From NCBI RefSeq assembly GCF_902713615.1, contig NC_052157.1, positions 79,549,411 through 79,613,410 of the forward strand: 64,000 nt of DNA, read 5' to 3'. The position numbers were made by a program, and so were the translations under genes. The notes beneath the pieces were generated by a model. The model was not told where the DNA came from. It worked only from the letters and a program-made list of their open reading frames with translations, and ran no database searches. Origin of the DNA: Scyliorhinus canicula. Taxonomy: Eukaryota. Each line of letters opens with the position of its first letter. Positions within the stretch are counted from its first letter, which is position 1. Of the stretch, positions 1 to 12,110 are shown piece after piece.

Positions 1-286
1 TTAACATAAGAACGTTAGAACTAGGAGCAGGAGTAGGCAATCTGGCCCCTCGACCCTGCTCCACCATTCAATGAGATCATGGCTGATCTTTTGTGGACTC
101 AGCTCCACTTTCCGGCCCGAACACCATAACCCTTAATCCCTTTATTCTTTAAAAAACTATCTACCTTTACCTTAAAAACATGTAATGAGGGAGCCTCAAC
201 TGCTTCACTGGGCAAGGAATTCCATAGATTCACAACCCTTTGGGTGAAGAAGTTCCTTCTAAACTCAGTCCTAAATCAACTTCCCC

Positions 287-1729
287 TTATTTTGAGGCTA
301 TGTCCCCTAGTTCTGCTTTCACCCGCCAGTGGAACAACCTGCCCGCATCTATCCTATCTATTCCCTTCATAATTTTAAATGTTTCTATAAGATCCCCCCT
401 CATCCTTCTAAATTCCAACGAGTACAGTCCCAGTCTACTCAACCTCTCCTCATAATACAACTCCTTCAGCTCTGGGATTAACCTAGTGAATCTCCTCTGC
501 ACACCCTCCAGTGCCAGTATGTCCTTTCTCAAGTAAGGAGACCAAAACTGAACACAATACTCCAGGTGTGGCCTCACTAACACCTTATACAATTGCCAAA
601 TAACCTCCCTAGTCTTAAACTCCATCCCTCTTGCAATGAAGGACAACATTCCATTTGCCTTCTTAATCACCTGTTGCACCTGTAAACCAACTTTCTGTGG
701 CTCATGCACTAGCACACCCAGGTCTCTCTGCACAGCGGCATGCTTTAATATTTTATCGTTTAAATAATAATCCCGTTTGCTGTTATTCCTACCAAAATGG
801 ATAACCACACATTTGTCAACATTGTATTCCATCTGCCAGACCCTAGCCCATTCACTTAACCTATCCAAATCCCTCTGCAGACTTCCAGTATCCTCTGCAC
901 TTTTCGCTTTACCAATCATCTTAGTGCCATCCGCAAACTTGGACACATTGCCCTTGGTCCCCAGCTCCAAATCATCTATGTAAATTGTGAACAATTGTGG
1001 GCCCAACACGGATCCCTGAGGGACACCACTAGCTACTGATTGCCAACCAGAGAAACACCCATTTATCCCAACTCTTTGATTTCTATTAATTAACCAATCC
1101 TCTATGCATGCTACTACTTTACCCTTAATGCCATGCATCTTTACCTTATGCAGCAACCTTTTGTGTGGCACGTTGTCAAAGGCTTTCTGGAAATCCAGAT
1201 ATACCACGTACATCGGCTCCCCGTTATCTACTGCACTGGTAATGTCCTCAAATAATTCCACTAAATTAGTTAGGCATGACCTGCCCTTTACGAACCCATG
1301 CTGCGTCTGCCCAATGGGACAATTTCTATCCAGATGCCTCGCAATTTCTTCCTTGATGATAGATTCCAGCATCTTCCATTCTACCGAAGTTAAGCTCACT
1401 GGCCTATAATGTCCTGCTTTCTGACTACCTCCTTTTTTAAACAGTCGCGTCAAGTTTGCTAATTTCCAATCCATCGGGACCACACCAGAGTCTAGTGAAT
1501 TTCGGTAAATTATCACTAGTGCATCTGCAATTTCCTTAGCCATCTCTTTTAGCACTCTGGGATGCATTCCATCAGGGCCAGGAGACTTGTCTACCTTTAG
1601 CACCATTAGCTTGTCCATCACTCCCTCCTTAGTGATAACAATCCTCTCAAGGTCCTCACCTGTCATAGCCTCATTTCTATCAGTCGCTGGCATGTTATTT
1701 TTTGTCTTCCACTGTGAAGACCGACCCAA
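287..1729 (-). pseudogene. CR1 ORF2 reverse transcriptase domain
   Basis: [61 protein letters not shown]; the catalytic FADD is mutated to FADG; frameshifted relative to the endonuclease. Confidence 0.95.
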
Positions 1730-2136
1730 AAAACCTGTTCAGTTCCTCAGCCATTTCCTCATTTCCCATTATTAAAACTCCCTTCTCATCCTCTAATGGA
1801 CCAATATTTACCTTAGCCACTCTTTTTTGTCTTATATATTTGTAAAAACTTTTACTGTCTGTTTTTATATTCTGAGCAAGTTTACTCTCATACTCTATCT
1901 TACTCTTCTTTATGGCTTTTTAAGTATCTTTCTGTTGCCCCCTAAAGATTTACCAGTCCTCTAATCTCCCAGCAATCTTTGCCGCTTTATATGCTTTTTC
2001 CTTCAATTTGATACTCTCCCTTTTTTCCTTAGATATCCACGGTCGATTTTCCCTCTTTCTTCCGTCCTTCCTTTTTGTTGGTATAAACCTTTCCTGAGCA
2101 CTGTGAAAAATCGCTTGGAAGGTTCTCCACTGTTCC

Positions 2137-2949
2137 TCAACTGTTCCACCATAAAGTCTTTGCTCCCAGTCTAGCTAGAGAAGCTAGTTCTTCTCTCATC
2201 CCCTTGTAATCTCCTTTGTTTAAACACAAAACACTAGTATTTGATTTTACTTTCTCACCCTCCATCTGTATTTTAAATTCCACCATATTGTGATCGCTCC
2301 TTCCGAGAGGATCCCTAACTATGAGATCATGAATCAATCCTGTCTCATTACACAGGACACGATCTAGGACCGCGTGTTCCCTCGTAGGTTCCATTACATA
2401 CTGTTCTAGGAAACTATCGCGGATACATTCTATAAACTCCTCCTCAAAGTTGCCTTGACCGACCTGGTTAAACCAATCGACATGTAGATTAAAATCCCCC
2501 ATGATAACTGCTGTACCATTTCTACATGCATCAGTTATTTCTTTGTTTATTGCCTGCCCCACCATAACGTTACTATTTGGTGGCCGATAGACTACTCCTA
2601 TCAATGACTTTTTCGCCTTACTATTCCTGATTTCCACCCAGATGGATTCAACCTTATCCTCCAGAGCACCGATGTCATCCCTTACTATTACCCGGATGTC
2701 ATCCTTAAATAACAGAGCAACACCACCTCCCTTACCATCCACTCTGTCCTTCCGAATAGTTTGATAACCTCGGATATTTAACTCCCAGTCGTGACCATCC
2801 TTTAACCGTGTTTCAGTAATGGTCACTAAATCATAGTCATTTACGATGATTTGTGCCATCAACTCATTTACTTTATTCCGAATACTACGAGCATTCAGGT
2901 TAAGTACACTTACTTTGGTTTTTTTTACCTTTGTTTTGAATCTTAACAT
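2137..2949 (-). pseudogene. CR1 ORF2 APE-type endonuclease domain
   Basis: NARSIRNK, ITET, GGGVALL, GVVYRPP, MGDFN, SDHNMV motifs. Confidence 0.95.
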
Positions 2950-3169
2950 CTCCAGTTTTATTCCTTTTGTTATTACTGTGCCTATTCACTGAGCTCCCCT
3001 CAGTCACTGTACCTTGTACTGTCTCCCTTTTAGATTTTTGACTATGTCTTCTATGCCTTGCACATTTCCCCTTACTTCCTTTTGCTTCTGTCCCTGTTTT
3101 ACTACCTTCCAACTTCCTGCATCGGTTGCCATACCCCTTCCACATTAGTTTAAACCCTCCCCAACAGCT

Positions 3170-4103
3170 CTAGAAAACACATCGGTTTTCTAGGACATCG
3201 GTTCCAGTCCTGCCCAGGTGCAGACCGTCCGGTTTGTACTGGTCCCACCTCCCCCAGAACCGTTCACAATGCCCCAGGAATTTGAATCCCTCCCTCTTGC
3301 ACCATCTCTCGAGCCACGCATTCATCCTATCTATCCTGACATTCCTACTCTGACTGGCTCGTGGCACTGGTAGCAATCCTGATATTACTACCTTTGAGGT
3401 CCTATTTTTTAGTTTAACTCCTGACTCCCTGAATTCCGCTTGTAGGACCTCATCCCGTTTTTTACCTATATCGTTGGTGCCTATGTGCACCACGACAGCT
3501 GGCTGTTCACCCTCCCCCCCCCCCCCCCAGAATGTCCTGCAGCCGCTCCGAGACATCCTTGACCCTTGCACCCGGGAGGCAACATACCATCCTGGAGTCT
3601 CGATTGCGCCCACAGAACCGCCTGTCTATTCCCCTTACGATCGAGTCCCCTGTCACTATAGCCCTGCCAGTTTTCTTCCTGCCCTGCTGTGCAGCAGAGC
3701 CAGCCACGGTGCCATGAACCTGGCTGCTGCTGCCTTCCCCTGGTGAGCCATCTCCCTCAACATTATCCAAAGCGGTATATCTGTTTTGCTGGGAGATGAC
3801 CGCGGGGGACACCTGCACTGCCTTCCTACTCTTGCTCTTTCTTTTGGTCACCCATTTTCTACCTCCCTCAGTAACTTTCACCTGCGGTTTTACCAACTCG
3901 CTAAACGTGCTATCCACGACCCCCTCAGCATCGCGGATGCTCCAAAGTGAGTCCATCCGCAGATCCAGAGCCGTCAAGCGGTCTAACAAGAGCTGCAACT
4001 GAACACACTTCTTGCACGTGAAGGAGCCAGGGACAGTGGACGTGTCCCTGAGCTTCCACATCGCACACGAGGAGCATGACACTGGTCTGGGATATCCTAC
4101 CAT
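3170..4103 (-). pseudogene. CR1 ORF1 (N-terminal Cys zinc finger/leucine zipper plus SGNH esterase), frameshift in poly-C at ~3515-3528
   Basis: CSSC..CKKC then LQLLLDRLTAL; GDSIVRG, CLPGARV, VVHIGTND, DGLHL split over two ORFs. Confidence 0.9.
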
Positions 4104-4241
4104 GTCTTAAACCCTTGGTAAACTGAAACAACTAGAATTTCAATATAAAAATAAATAAATTAGACAATGAAAAGAAAAAGAGAGACTACTTACCAGTCAC
4201 TTACCAAGGTTAAAAAGCACCTCCTCACACTCTGCACCGAA

Positions 4242-4981
4242 TTACCTCACTGCACCAAATTACCAAGTTTCAATCCCCCACTCTGGATGACACTCACTCC
4301 GGATGAGTCTCCTGGAAAAGTGCTCGCTTACTGTGTGCGCTGTCTGTCGTCTTTTATACAGACCTCAGCTAACCGATAACTCAAAAAAAATACCTTAACT
4401 TCAAAGAGAAGAATACAATGTACCCCTAAACAGGCCTCAGGTGATTGACAGATAACTGCCTCTCAGCAATTAGGGTGGGGGCAGCTTCAAACAATCAGAC
4501 ACTAAGCTCCACACTGCACTTTTAACTGAAAAACAGCAGAATTAGATTTTCCACTTACCTTTGCTGATTTACCTCACTGCACCAAATTACCAAGTTTGAA
4601 TCCCCCACGCTGGATGAGTCTCACTCCGGATGAGTCTCCTGGAAAAGTGCTCGCTTACTGTGTGCGCTGTCTGTCTGTCTTTTATACAGACCTCAGCTAA
4701 CCGATGACTCAAAAAATACCTTAACTTCAAAGAGAAGAATACAATGTGCCCCTAAACAGGCCTCAGGTGATTGACAGATAACTGCCTCTCAGCAATTAGG
4801 GTGGGGGCAGCTTCAACCAATCAGACACTAAGCTCCACACTGCACTTTTAACTGAAAAACAGCAGAATTAGATTTTCCACTTACCTTTGCTGATTTACCT
4901 CACTGCACCAAATTACCAAGTTTGAATCCCCCACGCTGGATGAGTCTCACTCCGGATGAGTCTCCTGGAAAAGTGCTCGCT
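4242..4981. repeat. ~327-bp tandem repeat (two full units plus a partial unit) in the CR1 5'UTR
   Basis: TTACCTCACTGCACCAAATTACCAAGTTT recurs at 4242, 4569 and 4895. Confidence 0.92.
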
Positions 4982-5670
4982 GAGCACTGTGAAAAATCGC
5001 TTGGAAGGTTCTCCACTGTTCCTCAACTGTTCCACCATAAAGTCTTTGCTCCCAGTCTACCTTAGCTAGTTCTTCTCGCATCCCATTGTAATCTCCTTTG
5101 TTTAAACACAAAAAAACGAGTATTTGATTTTACTTTCTCACCCTCCATCTGTATTATAAATTCCACCATATTATGATCGCTCATACCGAGAGAATCCCTA
5201 ACTATGAGATCATGAATCAATCCTGTCTCATTACACAGGACAAGATCTAGGACCGCTTGTTCCCTCGTAGGTTCCATTACATACTGTTCTCGGAAGCTAT
5301 CGCGGATACATTCTACTAACTCCTCCTCAAGGTTGCCTTGACCGACCTGGTTAAACCAATCGACATGTAAATTAAAATCCCCCATGATAACTGCTGTACC
5401 ATTTCTACATGCATCAGTTATTTCTTTGTTTATTGCCTGCCCCACCATAACGTTACTATTTGGTGGCCGATAGACTACTCCTATCAGTGACTTTTTCGCC
5501 TTACTACTCCTGATTTCCACCCAAATGGATTCAACCTTATCCTCCAAAGCACCAATGTCAGTCCTCACTATTGCCCGGATGTCATCCTTAAATAAAAGAG
5601 CAACACCACCTCCCTTACCATCCACTCTGTCCTTCCGATTAGTTTGATACCCTCGGATATTTAACTCCCA
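4981..5670 (-). mobile_element. Second CR1 endonuclease fragment of the same family, abutting the 5' end of the first element
   Basis: Near-identical to 2096-2788 but with scattered substitutions; ORF 5062-5676 has the same EN motifs. Confidence 0.93.
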
Positions 5671-6240
5671 GGGCACTGCAGTTCGACAGGGGGATTAGCA
5701 ATGGTGGCCGAATGATAGTGGAGGAACGGCCACATTATTCCAAGTCAGAATGCATAGTACATAGAAAAGGGATATGTAGGTTATGGTATGTCTCCGCAAC
5801 TGCTGCCCTTGGCCAGCTGGATGGTTCACATTCTCAGTGGGCAATGGACAGTGAATAACAAGTGGCTACTTTCAGCAGCGCAGCTTGTAGTGTGTCCACT
5901 GCTTTCACTGTCGTTGATGGAAGCATTGCATCTGTCCTGTGATGGGTATAATTCCAATCAAGTGGAATACCTTCCCATCAATAATGTCGCGACATTTTTG
6001 AGTGTGGTTGTAGCTGCAGTCCGCAAGGGAGGAAGAGATATTGAACGACAGGCCTGACTTGAGTCTTTTACCTGGTGGTGAGGCTTCGGGAAACATGAAT
6101 GTGAGACCATCTCCTTAGAATTTGCTAGCATACTTTTGTAACGATAGAATTAATATGGCATTTCCAATAAAGTGTTTTCTTAATAGAAACACCAGCGAGC
6201 CTCATAGCCGTGGACTCTTCAGTTTTAATGTAATTGGATG
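5671..6240 (-). mobile_element. Old L2/CR1-group LINE RT C-terminal relic
   Basis: Minus-strand translation IKTEESTAMRLAGVSIKKTLYWKCHINSIVTK resembles the LGV.ID..L.W..HI thumb motif; the downstream DNA resembles a common shark LINE 3' region (recalled, not searched). Confidence 0.55.
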
Positions 6241-6399
6241 TCAGGGTGTTTGTAAGAGTAGTTGGGGAAGGTACAAACTAATATGGCTGGGGGTGGGAAA
6301 TTATGCCAGTAAATCAGACGAGGAGGAAATTAGGTCAAATAACAATAGAAAGAAAGGAGCCGAAGAAAAGCGGTTGGTAGATAAGATAAGTGCCAAACT

Positions 6400-9300
6400 C
6401 AAACAGGGCTACAGTGATCATTATTGGGAGTGGGAGTAATGTTAAAAAGACAATCTTAATGACTTTGTGCCTTGATGCGTGGAACATTCGCAACAATGTG
6501 GGTGAACTAATCACACAACTGGACGTGAACAGCTATGATATAGTCGAGATTAAGGAGACATGGCTGCAAGTGGACCAGGGATGGGAAATGAATATCCAGG
6601 GATAGTCAGTATTCTGGGAAAACAGGCAAAAAAGGACAAGATGAGCGGTTGCGTTGCCGGTCGAGGAGTAAATTAACACAATAGTGAGTGAGCATATCAG
6701 CTCTGAGAATGCGGAATTGTATTGCATAGAATTGCATTGTTTGAGCAGAGAAGCAGCATGGGGCAAACATATTACTGGGTGCCATATATAGCCATCTCCC
6801 AAAATAAAATAAAGTAGTGATATTGTTGGGAAGTGATATTGAACTGGAAATTAGAAATATACGTGATAACGGAACAACTGTAATTTTGGGTGGTTTTAAT
6901 CGGCATATACATCGAATAAATCAAATTAGCTACAACACCGTCGAGGAGCAATTCATGGAGCATGTGCGCCATGATTTCCTGATTAAATATTTTGAGCAGC
7001 CATTGAGAGCACAGGACATCCGATATTGGGTCCTGTGTAATAACAACGGAATAATTGGCAATCTAGTTATGCGAGACCCCTTGGGGAAGATCGATCACAA
7101 TATGCTTGGATATTTTCAACAAGATTCAGAGCAAAGCAGTTTATTCTGAGGCTAAATTCCTAAATAATAAGATAGAAATCTGCGATGCCATGAGACGTGA
7201 GTTGGTAATGATCGATTGGCGAATGCTATCTGAAAGGATTACAGAGGTAGGCAATGGCACTCCTTCAAACAGCGCATGGGGAAACTGCATCCATTGTTAT
7301 TCTTATCTGACACAAAGGTAAATTGAAAAACAAGCCAAATTCATAGCTTGCTGGAGAAATAGGGATCTTATTCGATCCAAGGAATCAGCATACAAATTGG
7401 CAAAGAAAAATAACAGGTCTGATGATCGGGAGTTATTTAGTATTCAGAAAAGAAGGACCAACGGATTGATTAAGAAGGGGAAATTAGAGTACAAACATAA
7501 GCTTGCAGGGAACATAAAAACTGACAGTAAACGCTTCTGTATGTACCTGAAGAGAAAATTATTGATTAAGACAAATGTAGGTTCCTCCCAGCGAACACCA
7601 AGAGAATGTATTTCAGTGGACAATGAAACCGCTGAGGAACTAAATATAAACGTTGATTCTGACTTCACAAATTACGATACAAATTAGATACACGAAGTAT
7701 TGGAGAATGCAGAGATAATGGAAAAGAAAGAACTGAATGTGGTCAATTTCATTAGTGATAGGCTTTTCGGGAAATTGATGTGATTGAAAGCTGATACATT
7801 CCGATGACCTGATTATCTACACCATTGATACTGAACGAACTATCTCGAGGATAGTGTGTGCATTGATGGTCAGCTTCCAGGATGCTATAGCTTGTTACAC
7901 AGTTCCTGCAGATTGGAATGTGGCTAATGGATAACACTATTTAAAATGGGATATCGAGGGAAGCACGAAATTAAAGACCAGTGAGACGCTAGTCGTGTGG
8001 AATATTATAGAATTCATCAACAAAGGTTTTATAGGAGAGCACTTCGATAACAGTGGCAGGATCGGACAGAATCAGCATGGACACATGATGGGAATATCAT
8101 GCATGACAAATCTACTGTACTTCTTCGAGGATGTAACTCGTAGAATTGATGAGGGAGAGGTAGTGGGCGTGGAGTATTTGGACTTTCATCAGGTTTCTAA
8201 TAAATTCTCGCATAAAAGTTTCGCGAGTAATATTACAGCACATGGGATCATAGAATTTCCAGTGAAGAATGAAATTATTCGGCCCATCGCGTCTGCACCG
8301 GCCCTTGGGTATAGCACTGTACCTAAGAACAGACTTCCACCCGATCCTCGTAACCAAGTTATCCCAACCAACCTATTTGCACACTCAGAAAATGTAGCAT
8401 GATCAAACGAACTAACATGCACGCCTTGGGCTGTGGGAGGAAACCGGAGCACGCGGAGGAAAACCACGCAGACACGGGAGAACGTTGAGACTCCGCACAG
8501 ACAGATATGCCAGCCGGGAATCGCACCTGGTATCATGGAGCTATGAAGCAACTGTGCGAACAACCGTACTACCGTGCTGATCATAATTGGGGGTAGTGTA
8601 TTCAGATGGATGGAGAACTGGTTGGCAGATATAAACAAAGGGTACGAATGAACGTGTCTTCTCCAAATTGACAGGCGCTAACTCGTGTGCCACCGTGGAG
8701 ATCAGTGCTGGGGCCCCATCTATCACAACTTATATTAACGAATTGGATGAGGGAACAAAATGTAATATCTCCAACCTTTCAGATGACACCAAGTTTGGTG
8801 GGAGGGTCAGGTATGAGGAGTATGCGGATACCTTTCAGTGTTATTGGGACAAGTTGAGTGAATAGGGAATTTAATGGCAGATGTAGTTTAATTTTGGTAT
8901 TTGCGAGGTTATTCACTTTGGTAGCATAAACAAGAAGACAGTATGTTATCTGATTAGGAGAGGGAAATGTCCAACGAGATTCGAGTGTCCTCGTGCACCA
9001 TTCACTGTAGGTAAGCTTGCAGGTGTAGCAAGCGGTAAGTAAGGCAAATGGCAAATTCGCCTTTATTGCGAGAGGATTCGACCGAGGAGCAGGAAAGATT
9101 TGTTGCAATTGTATAGGGCCTTGGTAAAGCCACACCTGGAATACTGTGTACAGGTTTGGTCTCCATAACTGAGGAGGATGTTAGAGCTATAGAAGATGTG
9201 CAACGAAAGTTTAACAAACCGATGCCTGGAATGCCAGTACTGACATACGAGGAGAAATTAAATTGTTTGGGGTTTTCTCACTGGAGTTTGAAGAATGTTG

Positions 9301-9663
9301 AGAAATCTCGTCGAAGCCTACACGATTCTTACAGGACCATAGATGTTTGATGGAGGTAGGACCATGGTGTGTCCTGTCCTGAGGATTCAATGGAAAAAAT
9401 TAAGGACCGAGATGAGACGACATGTCTTCACAATGAGTGTTGAACCTGTGGAATTAGTTACCAGAGGAAGTAGTTGAGTCCAAAATATTGTATGGTTTCA
9501 TGAGCATCTGGATATTGCATTTAGTACGAAAGGGATCATAGGATCTGGGGAAAAGTAGGATTAGGATATGGACTAGGATTATCAACCATGATCGGACTGA
9601 ATGGAGGAGCACACTTGAAGTGCGGAATGACCTCATCCTTTACCTATTTTTCTATGTTTCTAT
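6400..9663 (+). mobile_element. Old, heavily decayed CR1 ORF2 (EN+RT) with 3' tail
   Basis: CLDAWNIRN, ETWLQ, ILGGFN, DPLGKIDHNM, QHGHMMGISCMTNL, EYLDF, SDDTKFGG; ends in TTCTATGTTTCTAT. Confidence 0.88.
8248..8580 (-). mobile_element. tRNA-derived SINE (HE1/V-SINE-like) nested in the old CR1
   Basis: Minus strand CAGCACGGTAG...GGTGCGATTCCCGGC (A/B boxes), central GTGCTCCGGTTTCCTCCCACAG, CR1-like tail; interrupts the RT between HG and GGSVF. Confidence 0.85.
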
Positions 9664-10715
9664 CAGGTGCTCTCCGGTTCGAGTTGGACATTGTAATTCA
9701 GGTACAAATGGCATGAATATTAACTGCCACATAGCGTGCTAAGTGGAAATATGGTTCTGATCTTGCTGCAAATGCTGTTCAATTGTATAAATACACTTGT
9801 TGTCGTAAAGTGGGCGGAAGATTGTGCAATACACATTATTTTCTTTTTACGATTGAAGGAAAATTATTGAGGACACAGTTGTATTTATTTGGACCCAGGG
9901 CAGTAATCAGCGGTTTTCAGACCAGCACCGTTTTGCCATTCTGAGATTGACTACCAGCATTTGCAGGCATCTTAACTATTTTTATTTATGGGATACATTA
10001 GTCCACGTACTGCAGAGTTGCCACGTAGAAAAGGCTGACTTCCGTTTTACTACTGCTTCTCGATTTCTCACTCATTCGCAAGCTGGGTTGGGCTTCAGTT
10101 TTGTCGCTGTCACCACGCCACTTGCCTTCGCCTGTTCCCTCCAAGTTTTTGCCGAGGCTCAAATGAGATCAGGAACAGATTCGTCCGAGGAAACCCCAAA
10201 GTGCACATTAATCGTTATTGTTGAGCTGAATGGTGTTTGATGGCACCGTTAATTAAACTTTCTATCAAGTCGGTGACCACCGATAATGGAATAATTAGGC
10301 CGTAAATGCCACTGCCGGAATTGTTTACATAGCGTCAGGACAAACATTGGCAATTTCAACACTTGCCCATGACATTCTTGGAAGAGTACGGCTTGGCTGC
10401 TCGTGCGGCGAGTCCTAGTGCAACAGGCGTCAATACCATTGCCTGCATATTGTCATCAGCTGCAGCCTTTATAAGGTGCAGTACCAGCAGGTTTTTACTA
10501 ATATTAACTATTGGATAATAACTCACACGAAAAAAAAGTCCAATTATCACTCCAATTCAGACCAGATTTGGACATTAGCGCAATTTCACAACTGTGGTCA
10601 AACATTATCCTCCTTTCATCGGTAGTTTCAAACTACAGGTCATAACTTTAAAGTATATTTCTACTTCGGCTACATGCGCAAGATTAATTCAGTTTCCGTG
10701 AATTACTGTGCGTTG

Positions 10716-10753
10716 TTAAGCTTGCAGATGATCTAACTGTCCGACAAAAACAT
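10716..10753 (-). CDS. Terminal coding exon of a putative coiled-coil micro-exon gene: (D)VFVGQLDHLQA-stop
   Basis: Acceptor ttttctcccttaatcag|ATGTT, phase 1, TAA at 10716-10718; begins ATGTT like the 36-nt exon at 15690; minus-strand AATAAA at 9981-9986 and 9884-9889. Confidence 0.68.
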
Positions 10754-11136
10754 CTGATTAAGGGAGAAAATTCGTCTTGCTTTACTCATCTTCTGCTAGC
10801 GCCTAGAATAAGCTAAATTCAATGTAATGGATGTGCTGCGATCAACACCGAATTTCAAGCAAATCTGTACAATATCTGGAAATGATCCGTTCCAATAACA
10901 GTTCAAAAATCAAAATGAAAAAAGAAGAATATAGTGTATTTAATAAATAGCTATCGAGGTATTCCAAACCACTGCAGCAAATACAAATTTTTACAACAAA
11001 CACTGGATGTTCTCATTTTACTTATTCAAGAGAAAATTTCACAATTAATTGTGTAACAATAAGACATACGAAATGATGCATATAATTGCTGCAGTAGTTA
11101 ACTTGAAAAGGAAAATGATTCAAAAAGCAGAGTTAC

Positions 11137-11163
11137 CTAATTGACATTTAACCAACGTATTTT
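11137..11163 (-). CDS. 27-nt micro-exon (E)NTLVKCQL
   Basis: tttatcttttccag|AAAATACGTTGGTTAAATGTCAATTAG|gtaact; phase 1-1; paralogous to the 16164 exon (LxxCQ). Confidence 0.8.
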   Translation of the reverse strand, partial: KIRWLNVN

Positions 11164-11689
11164 CTGGAAAAGATAAATGAAACGAAGCGCAAGTGATACT
11201 TTAAAGTGAGCAAGAATACTATTAACTTGAATTATCCTACGTAATCTGGTGCAGATGAAAACAAAGTGAATTGTCTCTTTGCATTTGAAATTCGCATTTT
11301 CTATACTTTAATGTTGTCAATAATTAGATAAATTTGCTTTGCATAGAATGACATTTGTTATGGGGAATCTGCAGACAAATGCCGAACAATTTTTGCAGTG
11401 AGTGTCTGGTGCAATTTCACCTTTTAATCGGAAAAGCATTGGTGACGAAATATGATATAGAATCTTCACATTTGTGATTGCGAATGGTTCAATTCCAATA
11501 TAATTAGCATGCGAAGTGGAAGGCACATGAAAACAAAATATCAACTATGTGTGTTGAAATGTTCATTGCATTTCTATGCAATTGAGCCAATCCAAGTCAG
11601 TTTTGTATATATCGCAATGAAATCACAAAATCACAAAGTCACTCTATTGTCAAAATATTGTCGCATTTCAAAAATCATGTCGATTTAAA

Positions 11690-12110
11690 TTTATTGTTCC
11701 ATTACACCGAGGTACAATGAAAACAATTGCACTGTTATCGATCCAGGCAGGTTGTTTCAGACATGAAAAACACAGGGCATACGAGAAATACACAAGGCCG
11801 CAGAGATCGGGTGAATCTTCCGGACTATAATACGACAACAGTACAAAAGATACGGAGAGGGATCTGTTCAATCGATAAGACGGTCACTCAGGAGTCGAGT
11901 AACACCGGCCCGAAGCTCTTTATGAATCTGTTTGAGCATGTTTTAATAATTCTGTATCTTCTGACCCATGGAAGAGATGGAAGATGTGATCGCGTGGGTG
12001 GGAGGGATTTTTGATTATGTTGCCCGCATTTCCAATGCAGCAGGGATGTCAATGGATGGACGGTTCTCGTGAAGGTCGGACTGCGTTCAGGACTCTCTGT
12101 TGCTTGCAAA
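11690..12110 (-). mobile_element. Decayed Rex1/Babar-like LINE 3' fragment
   Basis: TGTATCTTCTGACCCATGGAAGAGATGGAAG...TTGATTATGTTG resembles the antisense 3' end of this LINE group (recalled, not searched). Confidence 0.5.

Larger units (their letters stand above)
1..4980 (-). mobile_element. Near full-length CR1-clade LINE (tandem-repeat 5'UTR, ORF1, ORF2, 3' end), frameshifted
   Basis: ORF1 and ORF2 motifs in CR1 order on the minus strand; the 3' end reads CTCCTGCTCCTAGTTCTAACGTTCTTATGTTAA at the window start; ~327-bp tandem units at the 5' end. Confidence 0.95.

Noticed and set aside
10356-10550. Minus-strand CCAAT, TATAAA and ATGGGCAAG resembling a gamma-crystallin first exon
   Set aside because: No GT directly after MGK and no crystallin exons downstream; lies in the presumed 3'UTR of the micro-exon gene.
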